Positions 41,617 through 55,554 of a DNA stretch of 64,000 nt are shown here, piece after piece. Every line of letters starts with the position of its first letter. Positions within the stretch are counted from its first letter, which is position 1. A program made the translations under genes and the position numbers. A model generated the notes under the pieces. It was not told where the DNA came from. It saw only the letters and a program-made list of their open reading frames with translations, and ran no database searches. The stretch comes from Octopus sinensis (taxonomy: Eukaryota): assembly GCF_006345805.1 (NCBI RefSeq), contig NC_043007.1, positions 54,126,001 through 54,190,000 on the forward strand, in the 5' to 3' direction.

Positions 41617-43523
41617 TGTAGTGTGATGGAGGAAAAGGACAACAGAAAAAGAAGCAATGGGAGCAAGAAATACAAAAGGCCTTACCTCGGCGAAATCAGC
41701 GGTCTCTCACAAATTCAACACGTCCTGTCGCTTTGCCATCTATGCTGGAACTGACCACATGTGCTTCCTGCCACGTATGCGCCCTTCACTCTTCCGCCGG
41801 CCCCTGCAAGCCCTACTTCCGCCCACCTCATCTGCCATCCTCTCCACCAACACCACATGCCCCTCCTGATCTACAGATCCCTGAACTGGCTTTCCCACTC
41901 ACTCCTCACTCCCGAACTCACACCTTAACTGGTTTCATAATCAGCCAACCAGGGAGGAGTGTGCCGCTCCCTCTGTGGTTGAAGTGCGACCCTAGGACTG
42001 GCCTATGTTCCTGGCATGTTGCTGCTGGCTTCATCATCTTGTCTACTGATGTTGTCTTCATCTTCTTGCCTACTGTTGTTGTCTTCATCTTCTTGCCCAC
42101 TGCTGCTGGTTCCATCGTCTGAGGAATGGACAATCTTCCATATATCCAAAATGTGGCGTGGCATACCATCGACAGAGATGTTGTTCTTCGAATTGATGGA
42201 GGTTATTGTTCCCTTTCCCCATCATGATGTACACCGTGTATTTGGGGGTTTTACCCAAACTTCTTCCCCGACCTGCACGAAGGCATGCTAAACGGGTGAT
42301 TGGATCCACCCCCATCACCACGTCAATCTCACCCACCAAGTGGCCAACTACAATTGCTCGCAGCGTCAGCCTTATTCCCTGCACCACAGTCTGCACATCT
42401 GTAACGCCTTTAGAGTGTGCTTCTCTTCCGTCGACTGCTCTTACACTGCTTTCTCCACTCCATGTCTCTACCACTTCTGGAGTCATTAGGGTTGTCGTAC
42501 AGCCCGTGTCCACAAGGGCTCGCAATATCTTCCCCTCCACCAGAATGTCGACTACAGGTAATGACGTTAAATGCACCTCTATTGATCCAAAGGGATAACT
42601 ACCGGTGCAGTAGTCTCTCTCAGTCTGTTTCCCCGCAGATATTCGCTGGCTATATGCCCTGTTTCTCGACACCGGTAGCAAATGACCTCAGGCTTGGGAG
42701 ACTCGCAGTCTCGCACCATGTGTAGACCCTGGCACCGGAAACACTGTCCTTTGAATGGTCGTACACGTTCTTTCTTCGACCTCTCTCTGCTGCTCCTAGC
42801 TTGGCCACTTTTCGTTGTTGCAGTCGCTGCTACCGACGTTGTTCTGCAGCACGAAACTAGTACGCGAGCCCGAGATACGATGTCTGCCATCGCCATCAAA
42901 TGAACGTTTGGAAGCTTCTGCAACTCGACCGATTTGTTGTCAGGAAAGCCAGTCACCAATGCCAACTTAATCGTCCGGTCCAGCGACTCTCCCTCATAAC
43001 CCACCAGTTTAGCCAACCTCCTGAGTTCATTGGCAAATACATCAACCTGTTCCCTAGTCCATCTTGTTTTCCCCAGGCAAGCGTATGCATCAAACATTCC
43101 CTCCACAATGGCCTCCATCAACCAGATTTCTACTTTCTCTGCGCTGACTACATCTGTGTTGCCGCAAAACGGTTTGATCATCTCGTGCGAAATACGGGCA
43201 CTCATTGTTCATTTTTTTATTTTTTTATGTGCCGAAATAGCTTGTAGTGTGATGGAAGAAAAGGACAACAGAAAAAGAAGCAACGGGAGCAAGAAATACA
43301 AAAGGTCTTACCTCGGCGAAATCAGCGGTCTCTCACAAATTCAACACGTCCTGTCGCTTTGCCGTCTATGCTGGAACTGACCACATGTGCTTCCTGCCAC
43401 GCATGTGCCCTTCACTCTTCCGCCGGCTCCTGCAAGCCCTACTTCTGCCCACTTCATCTGTCATCCTCTCCACCAACACCACATAGCTCATCACGGCCCA
43501 TAACAATGACCGCCAACACCACA
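41617..43523 (-). mobile_element. Internally deleted Gypsy element (gag and protease only); LTRs 41617-41857 and 43243-43523
   Basis: LTR pair, TATAT flanks, gag 42579..43205, protease fused to the integrase C-terminus at ~42285. Confidence 0.92.
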
Positions 43524-43613
43524 TATATATATATATACACACACATATATATATATACATGCATAAATATATACACATATATATACAAAGTTATACATAT
43601 ATATACATATATA

Positions 43614-43681
<68 letters not shown>

Positions 43682-44528
43682 GTTATGGTATATATGGGTT
43701 ATGGGCATATTATTTGTATATGTATGTATATGTGTGTAATATATGTATATGTATGTGAATATGTTTATATATTTATATAAGTGTTCATTTGTGTGTACAT
43801 ATTTGTATATTCTTTATGTACTTGTATTGGTTTGTAGATATATCCATATATTTATGTATATTGATATATATTTACACTTGTTATTTAGTATATAGTTATG
43901 TATTAAGTATGTGTGAATGTACTAACCCTCTTGAGGAAGCTAATGGATTTGTATATGTGTAGATGTATACGTGTATATATATTTATGTATGTATATCTGT
44001 GTACATGTATGTGGTAGTTTTAATTATTATTTTATGTTATTTTTCATGTATGTTAGATCTTATGGATAGATATCAGTACACATTTGTGTATGTGATGATT
44101 GTATAGGTTTGTATGTATGTATGGGTATGTATATGTATATATATATATATGTATGTATGTATGTATATATATAGGTGTATACTTGTATGTATGTGTATGG
44201 ATGTAGTCTGGCTTATACTGGTATTGGTATTATGTTTTTACATATTTAAAGTGTGATGTATAATTACTTGTGGGGTTATATATACATGTGTACATATATG
44301 TATACTCCTTATATACTTGTATATGTTTGTGTGTATATGGATATGTATAGGTATATTGGTATACATTTACATCAGTTGTTTAATATGAAGCTTTGTGTAA
44401 GGTAGGTTTGCATATACATACCTTCATGAATGCACTAGTATTTAGTTTAGTCTATGTATATGTGGATTTATAATATGTACATGCACGTGGATCCATGTAT
44501 GCTTGTGTATATGTGAATTGATATATAC

Positions 44529-44562
<34 letters not shown>

Positions 44563-45907
44563 CAATAGATGTATGTTTATGGTGTGTAACGTATGTATAT
44601 TTATTTTCGTATGCGTACCTATGTATGTGATACAAATGCATTTCGATAGTATAAGATATGATTGGAGTTATAAATGATTGCTTTTTGTAAATATCTATCC
44701 ATGTCTAATTGTAGACATACTTATTTATAGAGTTAATTTTGTAGGTATTTGTATATTATTGATGTAGGAATGTATGTGTATATACATAGGCGTATGGATA
44801 TGTGTGTGTGTATGTATGTTTGTTTGAATGTGTACATGTGTGCATATATGTGGATTGTAAGAGGGACTGTGTATATATGTATTTATTGATGATATGTGAG
44901 AGTATGTACATTCACGTGGATGCATGTATGCTTGTGAATTGATGCATACGTATATATATATGTATTTCAATGGATGTATGTTTATGGTGTGTAACGTATG
45001 TATATTTGTTTACATATGCGTAGCTATGTATGTGAGTACAAATGCATTTCGATAGTATAAGATATGATTGGAGTTATAAATGATTGCATTTTGTAAATAT
45101 CTATCCAAGTCTTAACATACAAATGAATATACTTTTGTATAACCCCTTATTTAGTTTATTGTCTATAAGTTAATTTAAGATATACATTGATATTTGATAA
45201 ACTAATATGATTTATTTAACTAATGATCTGACTTCCTATTGTTTAAGCGGATAAGTTCAAATGAATTAGCCAATTAGAAATAGCTTATGCTTTAAAATAA
45301 CCGCTCCCTGACACCCAATAATTTTGAAAATCTTTAATATACATATAACATAAGTATGAATCTTTTCGGTTTGAACGGCAGTTTTTAACATAATTTCTAG
45401 GTAACTAAAAAATTTTAAACTTCGTATACTGGTAGAATGTGTTTATAAAACATCTTTTTCTCTTGGCTTTATCGAGAAAATTCTATAGTTTGTAAGATAT
45501 TTGTTGTTTTTTTTTCTTCAATTTCTGCAATTTCAACCAATCAATTACGGTCTATTGAGGTAAAAAGCATTCTGTGCCGTATGAATATGTCCCTCGTTTA
45601 AGAAACAGATTGAGTTTATTTACATTTGTGAAGAAAAAAAGATAAATATTGTGGATTAAATTCAGCTTTGACAAAAAGTTAGGAATTACTCTTTTGGATT
45701 TTACAATTTGCTTTACGTGGATGTATAAAATGATAACTATATTCTGATTGTATACTGTCAACTTAACGTGACAGTCCCGTAAAGGGAATTACACCACCGC
45801 TGGTTAGCCCTAGGAAGCATCGACGCTTCCTGTCGGCCTTGACACATTTCCTGTGTCCTTATATATTCACGAAGGGGAGACAAACACCCCCAACAGCTAG
45901 GCCTGAA

Positions 45908-45953
45908 TCTAGAGACATGCATGTTTCTGGGTCTTGCCCATCATCAGTCTAGA
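45908..45953 (-). ncRNA. Type I hammerhead ribozyme in LINE 3' UTR
   Basis: ucuaga CUGAUGA uggg-caaga-ccca GAAA caugcaug UC ucuaga: perfect core and stems. Confidence 0.92.
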
Positions 45954-46298
45954 GTAGCAAAGGCCTGCTAGCTGAAGGTAAAATCTTTATTATAATCATA
46001 CGATTTTACATAGATTTGGACATAACAAGACAAACAATTACAAAGAATGTTATGAGAGTTCGAATGAAACTTAAAAATTTAGTTATAATATGACATAAAC
46101 GAAAACTTGGCTTACTTTTGCCTTTAAACGAATCATTGGCTTACTTTTGCCTTTATAACGAGAACTTTAGTGCGTTTTTTTTTTAATAACATTAGAAAAC
46201 AACATGTGTTAAAATGAAAAGGGGGAGAAGTGCAGGTTCCGAATTTTGAACCCGGCAGCCTATAAGGCCCAGCAACTAAGGTTTCCTTTCTTTGATGA

Positions 46299-49200
46299 TT
46301 AAGCTGGGTTACTAACACCCACCTTTCTCATCACATCCTTCCAACGTTTCACATACTCTTTCTGTGGCAGGCTCCTCTTCTCCAACCCCATCTTGCTCTT
46401 CAGATGATATCTGAAGTAGTTTAACAAACCGGGGCCAGAGACAAAGGACCCTGTCACTAAACCTTCCATTCTGGTTCTCCACACACACTCTTTTAGTACT
46501 GCCACCGTACAGTAAAAACAAGCCTTACCTTCCTTTGAGAGTCCAGTTGGCGGTATCACCTTTATCATAGATCCAGCCGACAGCTGTATTCGTCCCAGAT
46601 GCGACAACACGTATTCAACGTAACTTATCAAGCTTGACAGCTCCCGACATTGTACAAAAGCGTGTTGAACGGTTTCATCGTCCAACCCACATCTTGGATA
46701 CGTCGGTGGCACTGACATTCCGTGCCTGGATAACTTATCGCGAACAGTTAATGCATTCCTATAGCCCTGCCAGGTCAGGGATTTTTGGTAATTGTCCAAA
46801 TACCCCGGCCTGAAAGTCTTCTTAAACAGGTTGGAGAGTTGATTTTCATCGAACCCCAGAGCCCCTCCTAGGACGTCGTCATTTTTTGCCTCTACCAGCC
46901 CTCTATAGAACACCGAGGTGGTATTCCCGCTGCCAGCCTTGCACCCCTTGTGGATCAGCCAGAGTGCCTGTCAGCACTCATGCCATAAAGTCAGGTTACG
47001 CCTTTTAATGAAACCGGGTTTAAATCTCTGCCAGCGGATTCCACACCTTCTCACCCTCCAGGTGACACCAGAGATGTCTCAGCCTCAACGCATGCCTGCG
47101 CATCATTAGCCAAGGCATCCCCAGCCCACCCTTTAGCGGTTCCTGGCAACACACAAGTGGCTTTCCTCCCCTCCACAAAACGCGGAAAAGGAGTCGTTCC
47201 AACTTGCTTAACCACGAATCGGGGCAAGGCACGACGGTCAGGCGGTAGGTGATGACAGAGGCTATAAACACCTGTACCACCTCCGCCCTCCCTTTCAAGG
47301 AAAGATGCCTTCTGGACCACTTCCGTACTATAGCTTCTACCTTGTTCGCTACCTCGTTCCAATTCTTCTCCGTCTGGGAGTCTGAACCAAACCAAACTCC
47401 GAGCAATTTAACAGGACCATCTGTCCAGTGTCCAACAACACTGGACGATATCGGCTTGTTCCTCCAGGTGCCGAGGCGCAAACCGGTGGACTTGTCCTTG
47501 TTAACTTTTGCCCCTGCCACCGCTTCGTATCTTCGGAGAGCACCTTCTAAACAAGGTAGCTGTGCTTTGTTGGACACGATGAGGGTGACGTCATCCGCAT
47601 AGGCAGAAACAGACTTACCGCATCCGATTTCATTAGGGTTGCCTCCCAACTTCTCCAACTTCCGCAGCAATGGCTCAAGAGCCAAAACATACAGGAGCGG
47701 GGACAAGGGACACCCTTGACGAACTGAACGCTTGATCGAAAACGGCTCCGTTAGGTAACCGTTTATCTGGACTGTGGACTTGATGCCGCTGTACATAGCT
47801 GAGATCCACCCGCAAAAGCCAGGGCCCAGCCCAGCCGCCAAGTACCGATGGTCTACTCTATCGAACGCTTTACTTTGCCGGCTAATTTCCCGACCCTATC
47901 GAACGCTTTACTTTGCCGGCTAATTTCCCGACCCTGTCTATAGTGTAGCGGATAAGGTGAAGATTATCCTGGATCGACCTGCCTGGGATTGCACATGTCT
48001 GTGCCTTCCCGACAAGTTTCTCCACGACAGCCGTCAACCTTTTTGCTAACACCTTGGCCAAAATCTTAAACTCTGCATTAAGTAGAGTTATGGGCCTATA
48101 ATTACTAATACTATCCCCCTTGCTCGGGTCTTCCTGGACCAGCGTCACAACTCCCCAGCTCACAGAACTGGGAATCCTCCCATTCTGTTGCCAGTTTGCA
48201 TAGACGCCCGCCAGTATATCCCCGAACAAGTCCGGCATACAACAATAGAACTCATAGGGCAGACCATCTAACCCCGGCGACTTTTCCCCGGCGCAACCGG
48301 CCATGACCTCTCTTACCTCCGCGGGAGAGATCAATCCTTCACAGCATTCCGCCTCACGTGTCGAGAGCCGAGGCCCACCGGCTAGGAAATATTTAAGACC
48401 TCCCCTCGCTCGAGCGAACTGCCATCCCCAAACAACCGGGCGAAATGCTGGTTAAAGACCTTCTGCATCTCCTCCTGTCCATAGATCTTGCGACCCTGTT
48501 CGTCAGTTAAAGACTTAATAGAGGACTTTTTGCCCTTCTGACTCTCTTCACGACGGGCCCATCCGGCAACATTAATACCCTCTCGTTTCCCTGCACGTAA
48601 CTTAGCTCTGACTCTACACCCCTCATTCTTGGCGTTGAGGTGACGGTACAAGACCGTTCTCGCTGCCAACACTACAGATGTACTGCCAGATTCCATTGCC
48701 TCGTCTAAGTTCTTAACTAATTCGCCCTCTATTCTAGTCCTATCTAAACTTAGCTGCTTGCTAAATCTAATGGAATCCAAGCGGATAGCTCTTTTGAGAG
48801 CGAGCCACCATCTATTATTAATGATGGTGCCACATAATGCCCTCTGGACTAATTTCTTAATCCGGGTACGGAAAGCTTCACAAGTCAAAATAGACTTGTT
48901 CATTTTCCAGTACCCGGGACCCTGTCTATGGCATTTATCTACCTGTACCTCACACGTCACAAGTTTGTGATCCGTGTAAGGCACAACAGAAAATTGTGGA
49001 CAGCTAACGCTACTTCTATCTCGTTCCTTAACAAATACCCTATCTATATACGATCTGCGTGAGCCGTCGTTGTTACTCCACGTCCACTGTGGAACGTTCG
49101 GCTCGTCCAGACGAAAACGGTCTACTAGTAGAGCCTTGAGGCAAGGATTCCCTTTTCTATCAGTCGAGCCCACACTATCGACCCGCGCATCGAGAATAGT

Positions 49201-49430
49201 GTTGAAGTCCCCTACCAAGACTACCGTTTTAGACGTCACTAGAAAGTGCTCCAGGTTCCGATAAAAACCGGTCTGCCTAGACAGCTACCAACCTGAAGGA
49301 CTGCTTACTCACGCGAGTCACATATAGGACAACCAGCCTACCTTCTGGGTCCAGAAAGACAGTACTTACCTGTAAGTCCAAGTTCTTCCTGATAAGGAGC
49401 ATGACAGCTTATGTCTGCCTACCTCCCCCA
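46299..49430 (-). pseudogene. LINE ORF2 (APE endonuclease, RT, C-terminal zinc finger), frameshifted
   Basis: VGDFN, SYIDRV, TDHK, GPGYWKMN, KSPGLDGLP, RQGCPLSPLLY, AYADD, PRCG..ETVQHAFVQC. Confidence 0.93.
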
Positions 49431-50844
49431 CACTCTCCGTTGTTGCTAGGCATTTCACCGGCGTTGCCCCCGGGCTCTGGGTTGGTGTGGCTGCCGGGCT
49501 GATGTGCACTCTCCCAGCTATCACCACCTGGGTGACATCCTTAATGAAACCGTCCTTTACATGTTGGAAGAGTCTCTCCTTCCATTTCTCCTCACCGACC
49601 CTTGCGTATCTCCATTCCGGGTCCTTCTCTGTCGTTTTAAAGCATTTGATTTGAGTTCTTGCTTTCACAAACCACACAACTCTCTCATTTTTCGCATTAT
49701 ATGCTATACACTTATCGTTTGTTTTGAAACCTTTTAAAGTTGGGGAGTGGGGTTTATTGAATTGCTGTCCTACAAACGTAGTACCAGCGGGGTGGGATTG
49801 GAAAATTTTTTTGTGTTGTTCGTCTGCATTATTAATTTTCTTTTTTGTTTGGGGTGGGGAGTCTGGGGTGTTGAATTTTTTCCTTTTGTTTGTCACAGTC
49901 GGGTATTCCATTTCTTCCTGCTCTTTTTCTTTTGTTAGATTATTTTCCTCCTCCTTTTCTTTTTCGTTTTGTTTTTCATTCTTTTTCTTCTCCTCTTTTT
50001 GAATTTCAGTTTCTTTGTTTTCCGTGTTTTCTTTTGTTGTTACTGTGTTGTCTGCTTTGTTGTTCTCTGTGTTTTTCACAGCGTTTTGAGGAGGGGCGTT
50101 AACCGTTTTTTTCTTCGTGCATTCGGAGCGAACGTGGCCCTTCTGTCCGCACTTGAAACATCTGGGCCTACGTCCCTCCACCGATACACGTATAGTATGC
50201 CCCTCCCCCACGAAGTCCCTGTCTGGCAAACTTTCCAGCGTAGAATTGTCTGCTTGAATAATCATCTCAAGTTGTTGGCCTTTCCAATTTGTCGCCTCTT
50301 TCTTCCTCATGCTTAATATTGTTAATTTCTCCTCCACATCAAAAATGACTGCTGTTGCCGCCTACATTACTTCATAGCCTCTGGGTATGTCTTCTATCGT
50401 AACTTTTGCTGTTCTACGCCCTAAATACGTGGGGAGTAGGAGGATATGTTTACTTTTCAACGTTTGTGTTGAAATTTCTTTCGCTACGTTAGCCGACTCG
50501 AAATGAGCTTCTATCGTAGCGCTTCTCACTCCTCGGCTAACGTAGCGAACCTTATTCCATATTGGCGCCATACACCTTTCGACTATATCATTTTTTACCT
50601 CCGCTATTCTTTTTTCTTTTATATTGTAAACTTTGTAAGTAACCGTCTTTTCTAGAATTGCCTCCATAGTTTCAGGGGGCGGTATCAGTCTCGTTTCCTC
50701 ACCGGTTTTTTGAATTAACTTTCTGAACTGGAAGAGCTTTTCCATTGCCACTTTCAGTTCTACAACATTGCCGCCTACGGCGTCAGAAAAACTTTGTTTT
50801 GCCTGTGTGACTTTTTGTTTGTCGACGTTTGTGCCTTCTCCCAT
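49366..50844 (-). pseudogene. LINE ORF1 (zinc knuckle), one in-frame stop at 50362
   Basis: Two same-frame ORFs; CFKCGQKGHVRSEC; ATG at 50844. Confidence 0.8.
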
Positions 50845-51153
50845 CTCGGGAAAAGCAGGCCTAGCTGTTGGGGGTGATTGTCTCTCCTTCGTGAATATAT
50901 AAGGACATAGGAAATGTGTCAAGGCCGACAGGAAGCGTCGATGCTTCCTAGGGCTAAACAGCGGTGGTGTAATTCCATTTACCGGATTGTCACGTTAAGT
51001 TGACAATATACAACCACTCTATCGCTCCACCACCGCACATATCTCTATGAGATATTTAGAAATTTAAAATTTCTGATTATATTCTGATTGTCTGGTTTAT
51101 ATGCTTATACGCTTGTAATTTTGTATACATACATACATACATACATACATACA

Positions 51154-51227
<74 letters not shown>

Positions 51228-51538
51228 GTATGAATATATATATATTGAATGTTGTATCGTGAATTTTTGATATGTTAGAAGACATTATTTAGTATGTAAG
51301 ATCTGTTGAAGATTACTGTTAACACAATAATATTGTTGTTACTGATAAGCATAGAAGTGTTTATATGTTCTAATGTATTTATATACGTATATGACGTATG
51401 GTATATCCACTGTAATATATTGTTTAATCGTGTTCATTAATATGTTTTGCGCATGTGAATAGTATATACGCTTTGCTTATGTATGTATATGTGTGTGTAT
51501 GTATTTGTGTATATATGTATTTGTATATGTATATATAC

Positions 51539-51601
<63 letters not shown>

Positions 51602-51720
51602 TATATATATGTATATCGGTTTATTTTTTTTATATATTAAGTAATACGTGTATCATGTTAAGTATATTAATATTTTTAAAGTTAATTATAACCTCTGACG
51701 AGGCCTATGGTTTTTTAATA

Positions 51721-54700
51721 TGTAGTGTGATGGATGAAGAGGACAACAGAAGGAGAAGCAACGGGAGAAAGAAATACAAAAAGGCCTTACCTCGGCGAAG
51801 ATCAGAGGTCTCTTACGAATTCAACACGTCCTGTCGCTTCCTCGTCTATGCTCGAACTGCCCGCTTCGTCGATGACCACACGTGCGTCCCGCTTGACCGC
51901 TTCCGCTTCATGCCGCACATGCACCCTGCAGTGTTCCGCCGGCCCCTGCAAGCCCTACTTCCGCCCACCTCATCTGTCATCCTCTCCACCAGCACCACAA
52001 GATCATCACGTCCCATAACACTGACTGCCAACACCACACGCCCTCCTGATCTACAGATCACTGAACCGGCTTTCCCACTCACTCCCCGCTCCCGAACTCA
52101 CACCCTAACTGGTTTCATAATCAGCCAACAAGGGAGGAGGGTGCCGTTCCCTCTGTGGACGCAGGGCGACCCTGGGACTGGTTCCTAGCATGTTGCTGCT
52201 GGCTTCATCGTCTTGTCTACTGATGTTGTCTTCACCTTCTTGCCTCCTGTTATTGTTTTTATTTTCTTGCCTACTGTTGTTGTCTTCATCTTGTTGCCTA
52301 CTGCTGCTGGTTAATCCTCTGAGGCATGGACAATCTTCCGTATATCCAAAACGTGGCGTGGCATACCATCGACAGAGATGTTGTTCTTCGAATTGATGGA
52401 GGTTATTGTTCCCTTTCCCCATCGTGATGTACACCGTGCGTTTGGGGTTTTTACCTAAACTTCTTTCCCGACCTGCACGAAGGTGTGCTCTTCCTCTGCC
52501 TCGAGTCGCATTGATGCAGTACACGGATGCCTCTACTCGTACCTGAATATTGCCCTGTGTGGCACCGACTTCTCAGCCTGTCCTGATCTGGGCGACATAT
52601 TGTACCAAAATACAGCCTCGATTGGTGAAATGTGATCTCTCTCTGCCATGGCCTTGATGGCACGATGATGCCTTTCCACCACCCCATTTCCACTTGGCCG
52701 GTATGCCGCCCTGAAGAAGCGGTTGACCTTCCACCCATCAAGCATTTCTTTCAGCACCTCCGAGCGAAATGCAGTGCCATTATCCAGAAGCAGTTCATCC
52801 ACGGGACCTCGTTCCAGGAATATCTCATTCAATACTTTCACAATTTCTTCTGCGGTCTCCGTCTTCATCTCCCTCCATATGGCCAACCGCCCAGGTCCGC
52901 AGTCAACCAATGAGAGGTATGTCTCCTGCCGGTAGTGTGTTATGTCCACCGCCAGTCGTTTCCAGTCGTGGTCCACTGGAATACTTCTCGCTTCATGTAC
53001 GCCCGGAGCAGGGTCGATGGACTGGCGCCTGTCACAGCTGCTAATCACTCTCTGCACGCTCCGTCTTGTTACATCGGAGTCAACTTTTCTGGCTAGGAAC
53101 AATGTCCTGTCCACACCCATGTGATGCATGGTATGCAGTCTCCGCAACTCCGAGTCACTCAGACGGCATACTGCAGCTACAGCCTGCTTCGCCTCCTCTG
53201 GCACCTGCAACCAGGCTCGCTTTACCCTGGTCAGGACGTCCGCCCTGTTCTTCTCGGAATGCACAAAGATCACTCAGTGGTTAGTTCACGCAGTATCCCC
53301 AATCGACGCTTTACCAGCATCTCTGCAGCCCCTTTGGTCCGCACCCTCCGCTCATTGGTGATGACTGCTGTCACCCAACCAAGTACAGTGGCCGAATCAG
53401 TCCTGATTTCTATGGTGTGCAACCCCCACTTTAAGGCTAGGTTCACCCCCTTCAACACGGCACCCAACTCCGCCACATTGATATGATTGCAGTCATCCGT
53501 CTTCCTGAGCCAGGCTGCATCTTCTACCATGACACCTCCCACTTCTAAGACAACCCCTATTGCGATGCTACTTGCATCACACCATACAGTCCCGCTCTTT
53601 GATTTGGGAACATACCAACTGCCCCTCACTGGGTCCTCTGCTCTTACTCTGACCAAGACTTCCTGTATCATGTCGGTCGTCTTCTCCCCCACTCTATCGT
53701 TCTACTTCACACCTTCGGCTCGTCTCTTGATGAAGCTACATGCTGTCCAGAGCCATCCTGCAATCGGGTAGTGTTCCACCAGTTTCCCACACACAGAGAA
53801 CAGTTCCCGTCTACTCATGCTGGCGCCCAGTTCGGGGATCTCATTCCCTCGCCGAAACACCAACGCGCCGGCCTTGTCTCTCCATAGCTTGAGGCCCAGT
53901 GTAGCATCTCCCTCCATTGCCTCTGATGGCTTGGCGATCAGTCCAAAACTCTTCAGGTAGCCTATGACCTCCGTTGCTGGCATTACGGTTTCATCCACCA
54001 GAATATCATCAATGTACGAATTGGTGGCCTTTTTTACTATGTCCACCTTTCCCAGGATGGCCTTGAGAATTGTTGCCATAATCTTTGGCGCTGAATTCAG
54101 CCCGAACCCCAACCTGGTCAGACAGTACGCCCGGCCCTTATACCTGACAAGCTGGTACTTCCACAGTTTCTCAGCCACATGTACCTGTTGGTATGCCGAC
54201 TTTAAATCAACGATCGTGGAGGCCCCTGTCATCTGCCTCCACTCTCGCAAGGTGTCTCCGCAGACATCTGTGGCCTCGCCGCCTGTATGACATGATACGT
54301 AGTCATTCAGCTCTCGGAAGTCAAGCACTGGCCTGACCTTATGCTTTGTGGGCTGTATCACCGCCATCAGTGGCAGGACTCCGCTCTCTTCTCTTTCCCA
54401 AGGGATCAATATACCCTCCTTAATCCACCACTCTACCTCCCCCTCGAACTCACTTCTGTCATCTCCTTTTAAAGTATGCTGATAGCAGCCCACTTTATTC
54501 TTTAACGTCGGGGGCTCTCCCTTCCAGTGCCACTCCACTATCCACATCTTGCCATCGAATACAGCCCGAAAATCCTGGTCTTCAATGGCGTGTGCAGCAT
54601 GCTTTTCCTCACGGTTGTCACCAGTGCATGGTCTCGCCATACACGGTTTCCCCGCAAACCCGAACGTTACACCGGCCTCGTTAACGTGACACCTCCCAAA

Positions 54701-55554
54701 CGGGTGATTGCGGACCCTGGCACCGGAAACACTGTCCTTTGAACGGTCGCACACGTTCTTTCTTCGACCCCTCTCCGCTGCTCCTAGCTCGGCCACTTTT
54801 CGTTGTTGCAGTCGCTGCTACCGACGTCGTTCTGCTGCACGAAACTAGTACGCGTGCCAGAGATACGATATCTGCCATCGGCATCGAATGAACGTTCGGA
54901 AGTTGCTGTAACTCGACCGACATGTTGTCAGGAAAGCCAGTCACAAACGCCAACTTAACCGTCCAGTCCAGCGACTCTTCCTCATAACCTGCCAGTTTAG
55001 CCAATCTCCTGAGTTCATTGGCAAATACATCAACCTGTTCCCCAGTTGGTGTGTCTCTCCATCTCTAGATACAGCGCCAATGCCTGACCATCCAAGTACA
55101 GCGGTATACATTGGAGCTTCGCCACCAACTTCACCTTCTTCAACCAAGCGACTACATCTGTGCCGCCGCAAAACGGTTTGACCATCTCGTGAGAAATACG
55201 GGCACCCATAGTTTTTTTTTATGTGCCGAAATAGCTTGTAGTGTGATGGATGAAGAGGACAACAGAAGGAGAAGCAACGAGAGAAAGAAATACAAAAAGG
55301 CCTTACTTCGGCGAAGATCAGAGGTCTCTTACGAATTCAACACGTCCTGTTGCTTCCTCGTCTATGCTCGAACTGCCCGCTTCGTCGATGACCACACGTG
55401 CGTCCCGCTTGACCGCTTCCGCTTCATGCCGCACACGCACCCTGCAGTGTTCCGCCGGCCCCTGCAAGCCCTACTTCCGCCCACCTCATCTGTCATCCTC
55501 TCCACCAGCACCACAAGCTCATCACGTCCCATAACACCGACTGCCAACACCACA
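51721..55554 (-). mobile_element. Gypsy element with deletions (LTRs 51721-52038 and 55237-55554; TSD TAATA)
   Basis: 318-bp LTR pair, 5-bp TSD, pol fragments highly similar to 34577-37537; protease region deleted. Confidence 0.95.

Larger units (their letters stand above)
45752..51077 (-). mobile_element. L1/Tx1-type LINE with inverted terminal repeats and 3' hammerhead; 14-bp TSD TATATTCTGATTGT
   Basis: ORF1 with CCHC, ORF2 APE-RT-zinc finger; TSD at 45738-45751 and 51078-51091; inverted repeats 45748-45905 and 50856-51013. Confidence 0.9.

Noticed and set aside
43920-45300. CTTGAGGA/CATGAA..GATA motifs and a direct duplication (44460-44700, 44900-45110)
   Set aside because: The duplication is real, but no consistent ribozyme core could be assembled
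45748-51013. LINE inserted in the middle of a MITE
   Set aside because: No inner TSD was seen, the repeat ends 11 nt from the ORF1 ATG, and the 14-bp TSD lies outside both repeats
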